This document shows positions 1 through 10,526 of a stretch of DNA of 64,000 bases, one piece after another. The position numbers and the translations under genes are program-made. This DNA is from Candidatus Poribacteria bacterium. Its GTDB lineage: Bacteria > Poribacteria > WGA-4E > PCPOR2b. The stretch covers positions 736,001 to 800,000 of the forward strand of contig OZ220744.1 of assembly GCA_965116925.1 (NCBI GenBank), in the 5' to 3' direction. Every line of letters starts with the position of its first letter. Positions within the stretch are counted from its first letter, which is position 1. The notes under the pieces were generated by a model. That model did not search any database. It was given only the letters and a program-made list of their open reading frames with translations, and had not been told where the DNA came from.

Positions 1-2
1 GG

Positions 3-578
3 CTGCTCGGTAACCATCCTGTTGGTTACGCGATACCGACTAAAACGGAGCTGCCGATTGTGTTGGATATGGCGGTTGGGCAGATTGCGTGGGGACATGT
101 TGGGACGTATGCGATGGAGGGGAAACAGCTGCCGCCCGGATATGTGTTGGACGCGGACGGCAAGCCGACACAAGATCCGCGTCAAGCGAGCGGGATGCTG
201 CCCTTTGGGGGGTATAAGGGGCACGGTTTGGCAATTGTGATGAGCATCCTCAGCGGTGTGATGACCGGGGGACCGGCAGCCTGCAATCGGATGCCGGAGA
301 CACCGCCTGACTTAGCAAGACGGGGGCATTTCTTCTTCGCGCTTAAGGTCAGTAACTTCTGTCCGTTGGACGAATTTACGGAAGCGGTGGATGCAGAGAT
401 TCGTACTGTCCGCGACGCGCCACGCGCCGAAGGCGTTGAACGGATCTATCTTCCCGGCGAGCTTGAGTGGTTGCATCAGCAGGATGCGTTGCGTAATGGC
501 ATCCCGCTGCATCCGACGCATCTGAAATCGTTGGCAGCACTCGCGGATGAATTGGATGTCGAGGTTTTCTGGCGATGA
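3..578 (+). CDS. Ldh_2 family (malate/lactate/ureidoglycolate-type) oxidoreductase, 5' truncated by window
   Basis: Frame open from base 3 (LLGNHPVGYAIP...VLDMA); motifs LPFGGYKGHGLA, GHFFFAL and IYLPGE are typical of the Ldh_2 family. Confidence 0.85.
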   Translation: MLGNHPVGYAIPTKTELPIVLDMAVGQIAWGHVGTYAMEGKQLPPGYVLDADGKPTQDPRQASGMLPFGGYKGHGLAIVMSILSGVMTGGPAACNRMPETPPDLARRGHFFFALKVSNFCPLDEFTEAVDAEIRTVRDAPRAEGVERIYLPGELEWLHQQDALRNGIPLHPTHLKSLAALADELDVEVFWR

Positions 579-581
579 TAG

Positions 582-2051
582 CTACGGTTTATACCCTGAA
601 CGGTCCGTATTTCCGCCGTATTTCATCGTATAAATGAGCAGATTCGTCATGAAGCGATGGACATCTTTCGAGCGACGCATCCGCAACATGGTTCGGCTAC
701 TGATCTCCACCGTCTCCATCGCGCACAGATAGTCTTTGCGGTTATAGACGACGCCGAGCCGATTGTTGACAGTAACACCTTTTTGGTATTTGAATTTCGA
801 CGGTTTCGGATGGTTTTCAGACTTCCAGAAAACATCACCACCTGTTGGAGGCAGGGGGAGATCGTAGTAGATGGTATAGATTTGATGGGTGTGCATCAGG
901 TTCTGGAGGGGGTATTCGGGAAAGATTCTATACAACTCATTAGCAACGGTTGCGGCAAGTAATCCGTTCATACCACAGTCATCGTAAAATAGCATTCCGC
1001 CTCGCTCAACGACATATTTTCGCAGTGCTGCCCGTTCTTCCGAGGTAAAGTGCGGTGCTAGCGGTGCCTCTTTACGATCCGGCGTGGCGAGATTACGTCC
1101 AACAGTTATGTCCTTGTCGTGCCCCGTCATGATGACCATCGGCGCATTAAGGATGCGCGAATCTGTTAGATGCAGTGCTCCGCCTGCATATTTCATGTCG
1201 GCGCGGAGATTGGTATTCTCTTCAAGCCACTGTGCAAAACTGGGTATCGCGCTTGGGTCTTGCCACCAGTCAGAAAGGGAATGTTTAAGTCGGACTAGGC
1301 GAATATGGCCACGAATGTCCATACCTTCTCCCTCCAGAATTGCTCCCAAGCGATCTTCAGGGACTAGCTTTTCATCCGACAACCCGAGTGCTTCATCCGG
1401 AGCGAGTGCCAAATCTGAGCCTGCGGCTGTGCCTCCTTTCCCTTCTCCATACGTGCCGCCAATAATTGGGCCACTCGCACCTCCGCTAGGAGCAGAACGG
1501 GTATAACTCCCCCGGTCAAGTCTACGTTCTGTCGAGGAGTCAGGGAGAAGCGTTTCTGTATCCCCGCGTTGCTGTGTTTCCACTTCGCTAACTCCCAAAT
1601 CTTGGAGAACCTCCGCTTCTAACAGAGGAGGTTCTTGGGTATTGGGTGCTGAAATTATCGGCACTATCACCTTTGCCTGTGTGGGCACTGTCCTTGTATC
1701 ATCGTTTTGGGCTTTCGCTGCTTCTTCGATTGGGCGGGGCTTGACCAATGTACGAGCTGGTGGTGGCAATTCAACCCATTCAACGTGGATGACATCGTCT
1801 TCTACAATATACTCTCGGATCGATTGTATCACAAAAAACGCAGCGATAAGATGCAATATGAGGGCGGTAGCCAATGCGAACCGGTTTCGCCGTCGATGCT
1901 CGGTACGACGAACACTGTGCCGTGTATTAAAATCTGGTAAGTGCCTGATTGGTTGCTGTCTGGTTTCTTGCCTTTGTATCCACGTTTTTGAGAGACGGGA
2001 ACTGACGCGAACCCGTGGTAAGTCTTTGGTTACTTGTTTTTGGCCTTGCAC
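582..2051 (-). CDS. Membrane-anchored DUF4159-like domain protein
   Basis: Hydrophobic segment FALATALILHLIAAFFVI, Pro/Gly-rich linker, C-terminal domain SDWWQDPSA...MTGH...LRKYVVERGGMLFYDDC resembling DUF4159. Confidence 0.65.
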   Translation of the reverse strand: MQGQKQVTKDLPRVRVSSRLSKTWIQRQETRQQPIRHLPDFNTRHSVRRTEHRRRNRFALATALILHLIAAFFVIQSIREYIVEDDVIHVEWVELPPPARTLVKPRPIEEAAKAQNDDTRTVPTQAKVIVPIISAPNTQEPPLLEAEVLQDLGVSEVETQQRGDTETLLPDSSTERRLDRGSYTRSAPSGGASGPIIGGTYGEGKGGTAAGSDLALAPDEALGLSDEKLVPEDRLGAILEGEGMDIRGHIRLVRLKHSLSDWWQDPSAIPSFAQWLEENTNLRADMKYAGGALHLTDSRILNAPMVIMTGHDKDITVGRNLATPDRKEAPLAPHFTSEERAALRKYVVERGGMLFYDDCGMNGLLAATVANELYRIFPEYPLQNLMHTHQIYTIYYDLPLPPTGGDVFWKSENHPKPSKFKYQKGVTVNNRLGVVYNRKDYLCAMETVEISSRTMLRMRRSKDVHRFMTNLLIYTMKYGGNTDRSGYKP

Positions 2052-2611
2052 TGTACGTCCTTTCCAAACAGGATTGGTTCATGCACTAATGGCGCGAAGC
2101 GCAATTCGATTTGTAGGTCGGTAATTTATCGTCTGGCTCATGAATTCATTGCTCACCTTTTTGCTTTTAACATTTTTCCTCTCTGAATCGGATATGACAG
2201 GAAAATGTCGCGGGACAATTATGAGGATCTTACTATAACACAAGCTGCTAGATAACCTGTAAGTCGAGTTTTCATGCCCGATACCTATCAGAAGCGACCG
2301 AATTGACGACACACATGTCACCCCTCAGGGGCTTGGGGGAATTGGTTTACAGATGTGCTATACACATATCGCCCCGCTGGGGCTTTGTAGATCGGGCAAG
2401 ATGCCCGACCTACGGGTATAAGGGTTAATTTTATCGATCCACACATCTCTAGCAACTTAGGTTATTTTATTTCACCAACAACGTAGGTTATTGTTCCGGA
2501 AAAATATCACTTACAAATTGTTATAATTCTAACGGTTGCCTACAATGATACCAACGCCTACTAGTTCTTGGCAAATTAAATTTGTAGCTAATCGTCCAAT
2601 ATTGAGATATT

Positions 2612-2702
2612 GGCTCATATAAAAAGAAAGTGCAAAATGCGAAGCGCGGGCGGGGAGACCCCGCCCCTACGGTTTCTGTTGCACCCTTTCTTAACATGAG
2701 CC
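2612..2702. mobile_element. 91-bp MITE, IS1595-like shell, carrying a GTAG hairpin
   Basis: Ends GGCTCAT...ATGAGCC; exact 8-bp flanking duplication GAGATATT (2604-2611, 2703-2710); internal GCGGGGAGACCCCGCCCCTAC. Confidence 0.85.
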
Positions 2703-2717
2703 GAGATATTAAGTAAA

Positions 2718-4091
2718 ATGCAATCTATTCCAAGCATACCCTTACGTCAAAATCTACCGCAGCCGCAGCTAATCCGTCAACTCCATGCGTTCGCGGCAGA
2801 GCGAGGGGTTCAACTCTACCTTGTCGGCGGTTCCGTCCGAGCCTTGCTACTTAACCGGTCCCTCACGGATCTTGATTTCGCGCTTGCTGATGATGCGATT
2901 GTTTTTGCCCAAGCCTTCGCGGATAAAATTGGTGAGGCGTTTGTCAAATTGGAAGAACAACCACCAATCGCACGGATTGTCATCAGAGAAACGCGGCTCA
3001 CCTTAGACTTCGCCGGATTTCGTGCCGAGACTTTGGAGGCAGATTTGCGGCTGCGCGATTTGACAATCAACGCAATGGCACTGGATCTTTCATTACTCTT
3101 GACAAAGCCGGCGGTGAATTTGATTGATCCGTGCGGCGGTTTCTCCGACCTCAAAGCGCAAACGCTGCGCTTCCCAAGCGAAAGGGTAGTAATAGATGAT
3201 CCGTTACGGCTGCTGAGGGTATACCGTTTTGCGGCGCAGTTGGGGTTTGAAATCCCTGAAGTGACAATCGCTTTCGTTCGCCGACATAGGGATCGGTTGC
3301 CACAGGTTTCATCTGAACGCATTTGCGATGAATTGATTAAAATATTAAACGTTAAAAATGCGACTGCTTATCTGCGCCGAATGGACAAAACGCGCCTCCT
3401 TTCGCAAGTTATCCCAGAAATTGAGAAGATACGCGGGTTAGGGCAGGACACTCTTGATCATTCGCTGCTCGGTCTCGAAATGTTTGAGACAGAACCAACA
3501 CCGGATGTACTACAACCATATCAATCGCAAATTCAAGCATACCTGCGCGAAGAACTAGTTTACGATCTAGACCGGGGACAGATTCTCAAGCTAGCTCTGT
3601 TACTGTACAAAGGCGGAACAAAAATGGCTGTCCGAATAACGAATCGTTTGCGGCTCGGCAGGAGAGCCGCACAGTTGATGCGCTGCCTTGTACAGAATCA
3701 CCTGTCCTTGATGGATTTGATCAGTACTGATGGTCAAACAGAGCGTCGGACGACGATTCGTTTCTTAAGGGACACCGGAGACGACTGGTTAGGTGTCCTT
3801 TTGCTATTTTATGCAAATCTCCGAGCGTCGCATGGGGATATGCCTCAAGTCAATGAACTGATGAAACAGATTGCCGACCTGTATTATGGCGAAATCTGTC
3901 CGATAATAGAGCAAGGTAGATTAATCACTGGCGACGATATTTTACAAGCATTTGGGGTGGTGCCCGGTGTCAAAATTGGACGTATTCTACGGCACATTGA
4001 GGATCTTCAGTTTGAAGGAGAGATCCAAACACCAGAGGAGGCATTGGAGGCTGCACGCGCCTTTTTGCAAAACAATGGAACGGAGACTTAG
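2718..4091 (+). CDS. tRNA nucleotidyltransferase / poly(A) polymerase family, probably CC-adding; degenerate HD region
   Basis: LYLVGGSVR...DLDFA, RDLTINAMA, DDPLRLLRVYRFAA, VSSERI, C-terminal LITGDDI...PGVKIG. Confidence 0.85.
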   Translation: MQSIPSIPLRQNLPQPQLIRQLHAFAAERGVQLYLVGGSVRALLLNRSLTDLDFALADDAIVFAQAFADKIGEAFVKLEEQPPIARIVIRETRLTLDFAGFRAETLEADLRLRDLTINAMALDLSLLLTKPAVNLIDPCGGFSDLKAQTLRFPSERVVIDDPLRLLRVYRFAAQLGFEIPEVTIAFVRRHRDRLPQVSSERICDELIKILNVKNATAYLRRMDKTRLLSQVIPEIEKIRGLGQDTLDHSLLGLEMFETEPTPDVLQPYQSQIQAYLREELVYDLDRGQILKLALLLYKGGTKMAVRITNRLRLGRRAAQLMRCLVQNHLSLMDLISTDGQTERRTTIRFLRDTGDDWLGVLLLFYANLRASHGDMPQVNELMKQIADLYYGEICPIIEQGRLITGDDILQAFGVVPGVKIGRILRHIEDLQFEGEIQTPEEALEAARAFLQNNGTET

Positions 4092-4093
4092 TT

Positions 4094-5179
4094 ATGAAAC
4101 AGATTGAACTACACCCAGAGGATTACCTTCCGGCGGCCCCACCACAGGAGATTGTGCAACGCTATGGTATCGGCATCGTTGGATGTGGGAACATCGCCCG
4201 GAACACACATCTGCCCGCCTATCATAAGTTCGGATATCGCGTCGTTGCGGCTTGCGATGTTATTGAGGAGAAAGCGCGAGCGGTTGCCGAAGAATACGGT
4301 ATCCCCTTCTGGACTGCCAATATTGAAGCGATAATTGATCGGCGTGATGTCGATATTGTTGATCTCGCAGTGCGCCCGGAAGATCGCTTGGCAGCGGTTG
4401 AACGGTTGGCACGTGCTGGTAAGCACATTCTTTCTCAAAAGCCACTGGCACCGACATTAGCGGAAGCGGAACGCATTGTGGAGGTATGTGAAGAAGCCGG
4501 TATCACGCTGATGATCAACCAGCAAGCACGTTGGGCACCGTATCACACCGCGATGAAGGTACTGATTGACCGCGGCTGTTTCGGTCACCTATACAGCGTC
4601 TTACATGTCCATCGCCAGTTTCAAGATAGCAGTGATTCCACGTGGTTGACAACGCCTGACTTCACCATCATAGATAACGGGATTCATTATGTCGATCTCT
4701 CCCGCTACTTTACTGGTCGGACGCCGCGATGGGTGAAAACGACAACCACCCGTGTTCCGGGTCAGTATGCGATGGATCCGATGATCTACTCAATCCTTTG
4801 CGAATATGAACCGGCTGACTTGATGTCTACACTGCATTTCAACAACATCGCGCCGGCACTTCACCATAGCCCGTATCTGTGGCACATTGATGGCACAGAA
4901 GCCTCCGCTTCGATCGCGCGATATGGACCTCTCCGTGATGGACGGACGGAGCTCACCATTTCGTTCAAAGCGGATCCTGACCGGCGGCAGGTATTTCATA
5001 TCCACGGCAGCTGGTTTCCCGATGCGTGGGGCGGGACGATGGGAGAGATGCAGCGTGCGCTCGCAGCGGGTGTCGAACCGCAAGTCTCAGGACGGGACAA
5101 CTTGAATTCCATCCGTATCACCAATGCTGCGGTTGAATCGTCCAAGAGCGGTCAGACGGTAGAAATTCCGCCTGAGTAG
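4094..5179 (+). CDS. Gfo/Idh/MocA family oxidoreductase
   Basis: GIVGCGNIA Rossmann motif, HILSQKP, DNGIHYVD. Confidence 0.9.
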   Translation: MKQIELHPEDYLPAAPPQEIVQRYGIGIVGCGNIARNTHLPAYHKFGYRVVAACDVIEEKARAVAEEYGIPFWTANIEAIIDRRDVDIVDLAVRPEDRLAAVERLARAGKHILSQKPLAPTLAEAERIVEVCEEAGITLMINQQARWAPYHTAMKVLIDRGCFGHLYSVLHVHRQFQDSSDSTWLTTPDFTIIDNGIHYVDLSRYFTGRTPRWVKTTTTRVPGQYAMDPMIYSILCEYEPADLMSTLHFNNIAPALHHSPYLWHIDGTEASASIARYGPLRDGRTELTISFKADPDRRQVFHIHGSWFPDAWGGTMGEMQRALAAGVEPQVSGRDNLNSIRITNAAVESSKSGQTVEIPPE

Positions 5180-5391
5180 GACTTACGCAAATTTAGCACA
5201 CGAGGGGTAGATTTTTGATTTTTAACCCCCTAAATCACCTAACCCCTAACCCCCTAGCCCCCCTTATCAGGGGGGAATTGTTGGTCTGGCTTATCAGGAG
5301 AAAACCTTTGTCAGGGGACTTCTAGTGAGTAGATAATGAGCAGTTGAACGAGAACACCCAATCGAAAACAGAAAAACAGAGAGGATAAAAA

Positions 5392-6333
5392 ATGGAGTAT
5401 TTCCACGTCGATATACATCAACGCCCTGAACCGAAGTCAATTGCACCCCGGTTTACCAGCGTCAAGATACGGTGGAAGGGACGAGCGATAACCGATTTGA
5501 CTCAGGGCATTCACCGGTGTTATCTGTTCCCGGTATACTCCCCTGCGGGTGTATCGCTGACCTCTGAAAGCCCGGTAGATCACCCGCATCACAATTCAAT
5601 CACCGTCAGTGCTGATGTCTTTTTTGTCCAGTTGCCGCCACTCTCTCCAGCGATTTCCACATTAGTAGAGGAGGCGACATATAATTTCTACGTCAACAAT
5701 ATTTTCCAAGGGCGTGCCCCGGGCAGGATTTGGGTGGTTGGAGTTGACAGCGAGGAGATTTCCGAGAATCATCTTAGGGTTGTGCAGAGTATTCAGTGGC
5801 AGGGTCCTGAAGAGTGGGGTGCACCGGCGGACATTGGTCGTCGGGTATTGGCTGAGGAGACGCGGACCATCGACATCTATCCGGGCGAAGTTGCTAACGT
5901 CATAGACATCCGATCTCAGCTGAGGCCAACTGATTGGGATGTCACCATCGGTACGACGCGCCACGCTTATTTTACGATTCGGATGGCGGATGAGCTGCGT
6001 CCTGCCAACGGCGGAAAACTAATTGATTCGGAAGGCAGAGTCGGTCAGGAGGAGGTGTGTAATCAGCTTGCGGATTGGGTTGATATATCGGGTCCCGCGG
6101 TGGGCGGTCAAAAAGCAGGGATAACTGTGATTCCACACGCTTCCGCCACTGGCATCGAATGGTTCTGTTTTGACTACGGGACGATGTTAGTCAACCCATT
6201 TATGAGAGAGAAGGGGATACTGAATCGGGGTGATGAATTAGATCTCGGCATACGCATCTTGGCTCACGATGGGGATGCGACAGAGGCGGGTGTGGTGGAT
6301 CTGTATGCAGCGTTCAAACGGGAAGGGAAATAG
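5392..6333 (+). CDS. DUF6807 (so-called PmoA-like) family protein
   Basis: YLFPVYSPAG...DHPHHNSI and ADWVDISG motifs; RBS GAGGA upstream. Confidence 0.65.
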   Translation: MEYFHVDIHQRPEPKSIAPRFTSVKIRWKGRAITDLTQGIHRCYLFPVYSPAGVSLTSESPVDHPHHNSITVSADVFFVQLPPLSPAISTLVEEATYNFYVNNIFQGRAPGRIWVVGVDSEEISENHLRVVQSIQWQGPEEWGAPADIGRRVLAEETRTIDIYPGEVANVIDIRSQLRPTDWDVTIGTTRHAYFTIRMADELRPANGGKLIDSEGRVGQEEVCNQLADWVDISGPAVGGQKAGITVIPHASATGIEWFCFDYGTMLVNPFMREKGILNRGDELDLGIRILAHDGDATEAGVVDLYAAFKREGK

Positions 6334-6454
6334 TCTGTACTCCCCTCTATCCCCTCGCAAGCAGGAGGAAGGAAGAACGCGCAATGAATTGCGCTACTAC
6401 AAACTGAAGTGCGTAACTCCTAAATCTGTTCCGCTTTCCACTCTCCAGTGTTTG

Positions 6455-8218
6455 CTATCCTGGGGCGATCACGGTCATGTCCCAATCACCGAGGGCGAGC
6501 AGCGGTTTTGTCCAATCGCCAAGCGGGGGTTCTCCCGTCTGCACCCACTCCGCAATTTCTTCACGATGCCCAAGACGCCGGAGTGCGTTCCACATCGGCT
6601 GGTAGTTCGCTCGACCGCCCGGACCGGCGCAATCCCAGAAGAAGAGGCGATCTGCGCCTGCGCCGTAGAGCATGTGAGCGTTGCGCCGAAAATCTTCGGG
6701 ACTCTGATGGCGGGGCATGACATTCGGTGCAAGTACGCATGAAGTTCCCTGAGTCGCACGGACAAAAGGCTGAAGCTGTGATGGATTTGACCAGATGTCC
6801 TCTTCGGTTGGCATTGCGAGTGGTGCTGGACTGTACGGAATCAGGACATCGATTAATCCTTCTTTCGCCCAAGCAGCGACATCAAGACCGAAGTAGCGAT
6901 TCTCCTCCTCTAAACCCAACACGCACGCGGATACCTCAATCCTCCGCCCCCGTCCTTGTTCGCGTGTAATTGCATCCATTTCTTCGCGCACACGGCGCAT
7001 AAAGTCTGTCATGATTCCTCCGCAAAACTCAAGCCACGTTGGATCAGTATCCGCAAGTTCTCGCGGGTCGCTGCCGTGGGCGGCTGCAAACGCCTCAAGC
7101 AGCGGTGTTTCGTATGCGATGTAGGGCGGGCGTCGGTTGAAGAGCAGACAGACTCCATCGATCGGGTATTCAGCCATTTCGCGTAGCAGTGCCAGACAGT
7201 AGTCCTGTATCTCACGAAAGGCGTAGGAGAGCCGCGGCAAGCGTTTTCCGTCTCGGTCAACACAGTGTAGCTCTGGATGGTTCTGGTAGTACCCTCCTCG
7301 GAAATTATGGTCGAGCGGGGGTGGATAGGTCCACCCCGCCAGTCGATAGGCTGCGTGGAATTCAAGACCGATAGCGTGTGTGTGTTCGAGTGCTATTGCA
7401 AACGGGTCAAGTCCTGCCTTGAGGTAGCTGCGCCAGCTTTCTGCTACCAGTCGGTCACCGACCCGCGCAAACTCTATGATATTAGGAATATCGGGCGTGC
7501 GTCCAATTTTGGTGGGGTAATGCAGGACATCGCCGCTCCCGCTCTCCCAATACATGCGTGAAAAGTCGGTGTCTCGATACGGCTCAACCTCGCGGCGCAA
7601 TTCTTCAGCGGAGGTAGGACGATAGAGGAAGTGCGGTCCGTGTGAGTCGTTATGCGCGAAGAGACCATGGTGTGCACCACCTCCTTGTTCGGCGTGTAGT
7701 GCATCAACTTCGGTCGGAGTGAGTGGCACGAGTTTGATGTAGGCGATGCGTACACCGCCGCATTGCACTGAACCGAAGCCGTCCCCTGGATCAATGCGGC
7801 GCGCCAATTGGCAGAAGTCAACTGCCTGTCCGTTTAGATCCGCGACCTTCCAGAAAATCTCTTGGAGCTGCTTGCGCCGTAGGTGGTGTCCTCCGGTGTC
7901 CCATGTAAGTACGGAGTAAGTGTTATCGCCGCTTAACTTGACGAGTGCTTGAGGTAATCCCTCCTCGCTGGTTGGGTGTATACCGATGGAGATTGCATGC
8001 CAGCCGTTTATGCTTAGCGGGTAACGGATTTCTGGGGCACGGGTTTCTGGACCTGCCTTTAGCATGACACCGGAAAAGCCTTCAGCTTCATAGGGGATGG
8101 TGTGCCAGCGGTGGGCCCCGCCGTCGGGAGAGAGTCTGTCTGCGGGTTGGCAGCGTTCTAGGTCGGTCACATAGATTGGTGAGGCACTGAAACTGCGATC
8201 GGCAATGAAGTCAGCCAT
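6455..8218 (-). CDS. Glycoside-hydrolase-like (GHL10/DUF187-type) TIM-barrel protein
   Basis: HPELHC...RLSYAFREIQDY...YPIDGVCLLFNR, LDVAAWAKEGLIDVL; start moved to ATG 8218 behind GGAGG. Confidence 0.55.
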   Translation of the reverse strand: MADFIADRSFSASPIYVTDLERCQPADRLSPDGGAHRWHTIPYEAEGFSGVMLKAGPETRAPEIRYPLSINGWHAISIGIHPTSEEGLPQALVKLSGDNTYSVLTWDTGGHHLRRKQLQEIFWKVADLNGQAVDFCQLARRIDPGDGFGSVQCGGVRIAYIKLVPLTPTEVDALHAEQGGGAHHGLFAHNDSHGPHFLYRPTSAEELRREVEPYRDTDFSRMYWESGSGDVLHYPTKIGRTPDIPNIIEFARVGDRLVAESWRSYLKAGLDPFAIALEHTHAIGLEFHAAYRLAGWTYPPPLDHNFRGGYYQNHPELHCVDRDGKRLPRLSYAFREIQDYCLALLREMAEYPIDGVCLLFNRRPPYIAYETPLLEAFAAAHGSDPRELADTDPTWLEFCGGIMTDFMRRVREEMDAITREQGRGRRIEVSACVLGLEEENRYFGLDVAAWAKEGLIDVLIPYSPAPLAMPTEEDIWSNPSQLQPFVRATQGTSCVLAPNVMPRHQSPEDFRRNAHMLYGAGADRLFFWDCAGPGGRANYQPMWNALRRLGHREEIAEWVQTGEPPLGDWTKPLLALGDWDMTVIAPG

Positions 8219-8905
8219 GTGCGATCCTCCGAACGAAGGGAATAACGTGAAACGTGATGCCCCGATAAATCCCCGATACATCGGGACAGGCGGGACAGGC
8301 TGTGAAACGTGAAAACAATTTGTTCATTGGTTTCAGGATCTACGCAAATTTAGTACGCGGCGCGCGATTCTCTTGCTATTAACCCCCTAAACCCCTAACC
8401 CCCCTAGCCCCCCTTATCAGGGGGGAATTGTTCGTCTGGCTTATCGGGGGGAAACCTCTGTCAGGGGGACTTATGAGCTCGATCAGTTTCTGTTGCACGA
8501 TTGCTTAACATGAACCAAGCACACAAAACCGCAGCTCTCCTGTTCAATCTACTTCTAGTCCGAAGGTCTCAATGTGAAATTTATAGTAGATTTTAGAATT
8601 ATAGTGGACCTTAGAATAAATGAGACACTCTAAACCGGCGCAGTTGGAAACAGCGCCTACCAAACATGGGGGCGAAAGTGTCTATTTATTTTTAGAATTC
8701 ACTATCAATAAGACATTCCAAATCGGCGCAGTTGGAAACAGCGCCTACCAAACATGGGGGCGAAAGTGTCTATTTATTTTTAGAATTCACTATAATTCTC
8801 CCGTAGCTTCGATCTCCCGGTCAAGGCTACGGCGGGGAAACCCGATGCCCCGCCTACGGATTCGGGTCATTCCGATTTTGGTATTCAACAGACATAGCAC
8901 TCCTC

Positions 8906-9022
8906 ATGAAAATTAAAAAAATAATTCGGTAATTTGCTAGCGACGCCGGCGCGGTTTTCAACCGCGCCTACCGTATGTTTCGAGGAAAATAGGGATTACC
9001 GATTTAAATACTTAAACTTCAT
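8906..9022. mobile_element. 117-bp hairpin-apex element, copy 1
   Basis: Ends ATGAAAAT...AACTTCAT; near-identical copies at 14856-14972 and 28933-29049; splits hairpin GCACTCC-TCT-GGAGTGC. Confidence 0.8.
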
Positions 9023-9054
9023 CTGGAGTGCTGGTTTTGGGACATACCATCTTC

Positions 9055-9435
9055 TATAGACATATCGCTCCTTCGGAGCGAAAGCCGAATCTTATACCCA
9101 ACGGGCGAGGTGACCTCGCCCCTACGATTACAAATATGCCTCACATAACTGTCAACACGCCCTAGACGCTTATACCTTCAAATGCCCTTCATAGATATAT
9201 CGCTCCTCCAGAGCGAAAGCCGAATCCTATACCCAACGGGCGAGGTGACCTCGCCCCTACGATTACAGACATGCCTCACATAACTGTCAACACGCCCTAG
9301 ACGCTTATACCTTCAAATGCCCTTCATAGATATATCGCTCCTCCAGAGCGAAAGCCGAATCCTATACCCAACGGGCGAGGTGACCTCGCCCCTACGATTA
9401 CAAACATGCCTCATATAACTGTCAACAGAACCTAG
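9055..9435. repeat. Tandem repeat, about 2.8 x 135 bp
   Basis: CGCTCC at 9066, 9201, 9336; each unit has two hairpins and the end TGTCAACA(CGC/GAA)CCTAG. Confidence 0.9.
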
Positions 9436-9458
9436 GTGCATAGACTTTCAAGCGTCCT

Positions 9459-10526
9459 TCATGGTAGTTGAGGGATAACCTCTTTTGCCATCAGCTCCAT
9501 GGATCGGCGCATCTTCGCCTTGTCGTCCCAATCGTGACCAATCATGAGTACTGTGCCGAAACCGCCGGTCAGGTCGTAGAGGTCTTGCAGCTTTCGTGTG
9601 ACGGTGTCGACGCTGCCGACGATGGCGATGTTGTCGATGATATATTCGGCGTTGATTGCTTCGTCAGGCATCTCCGGCTCCCATTTCAGCAGATCCTGCA
9701 TCCGGGCAAGCGTGAGCATCCCGCGCAGGTAGATAAGTGAGGCGGCAAATGCACCGCTCAACGCGTGTTCCCGTGCTTCTGCATCCGATTCTGCGACGAA
9801 GATGCTGCGGGAGATACGCCATTCTGAACGGTCAGGTTCGCGTCCGGCTTCGAGGGCTCCTTGGGAGTAGAGTTCCCACTGCCGTTTCACCTTGTGCGGC
9901 GGTGCCATGTTGATGCTGATTGGAATGAATCCCCGCTGCCCGCCGGTTGTAGCAGCCATAGACTCTTCCCTGACGATACTCATCGCGATTGGTGGGTGCG
10001 GTTTCTGATACGGTTGCAGCACCTGACCGAGTCCAAGTTCGGGAATCTTTTCGTCGAGTTTGAGGTTCCAGTAATCTCCCTTGAATTCAAAGGGGCCATC
10101 CTCTTGCCAGAGTTTGAGGACGATGTCCATTGCCTCAAGGGTCATCAGTCCCTGCGTCCGTGGATCGGGTAGGTCGAACAGTGCCCAATCGGTTGGGACA
10201 CCGCCCTGCCCAAAACCGACGTTGAGTCTGCCTTTAGCGAGGTGATCGAGATAGGCAAGTCTGACGGCGACGTTGGCGGGGTGGTGTTGGGTGATGATAG
10301 TCACGCCGGTGCCCAAGCGAATGTTTTTCGTCTGGGGCAGCATGTGGGCGATGAAGACATCGTTGGAGGGAATCGGCTCCCACCCTGCGGTATGGTGCTG
10401 CCCAATCCACGCTTCACTAAATCCCAGTTGGTCTGCCCAAATGACACATTCTACGTCCTCTTCAAATGTCTGTGTCCGATCCTTTTCCGGCGGATGCAGC
10501 GGCATCATAAATGTTCCGACTTTCAT
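9459..10526 (-). CDS. LLM class flavin-dependent oxidoreductase
   Basis: GFSEAWIGQHH, IRLGTGV, HPANVA...LDHLAKGRLNVGFG, PYQKPHPPI. Confidence 0.92.
   Translation of the reverse strand: MKVGTFMMPLHPPEKDRTQTFEEDVECVIWADQLGFSEAWIGQHHTAGWEPIPSNDVFIAHMLPQTKNIRLGTGVTIITQHHPANVAVRLAYLDHLAKGRLNVGFGQGGVPTDWALFDLPDPRTQGLMTLEAMDIVLKLWQEDGPFEFKGDYWNLKLDEKIPELGLGQVLQPYQKPHPPIAMSIVREESMAATTGGQRGFIPISINMAPPHKVKRQWELYSQGALEAGREPDRSEWRISRSIFVAESDAEAREHALSGAFAASLIYLRGMLTLARMQDLLKWEPEMPDEAINAEYIIDNIAIVGSVDTVTRKLQDLYDLTGGFGTVLMIGHDWDDKAKMRRSMELMAKEVIPQLP

Noticed and set aside
1084..2124. Long antisense ORFs here and opposite many other genes
   Set aside because: Shadow frames of well-supported genes with no recognisable motifs
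5392..6333. Particulate methane monooxygenase subunit
   Set aside because: Soluble protein without transmembrane helices; the PmoA-like family label does not imply methane oxidation
8620..8916. Small ORFs containing SAQLETAPTKHGG or LRHTEYAYY (also 13188-13945, 17440, 56293-56868, 61701)
   Set aside because: They are translations of MITE and REP repeats, without RBS or protein motifs
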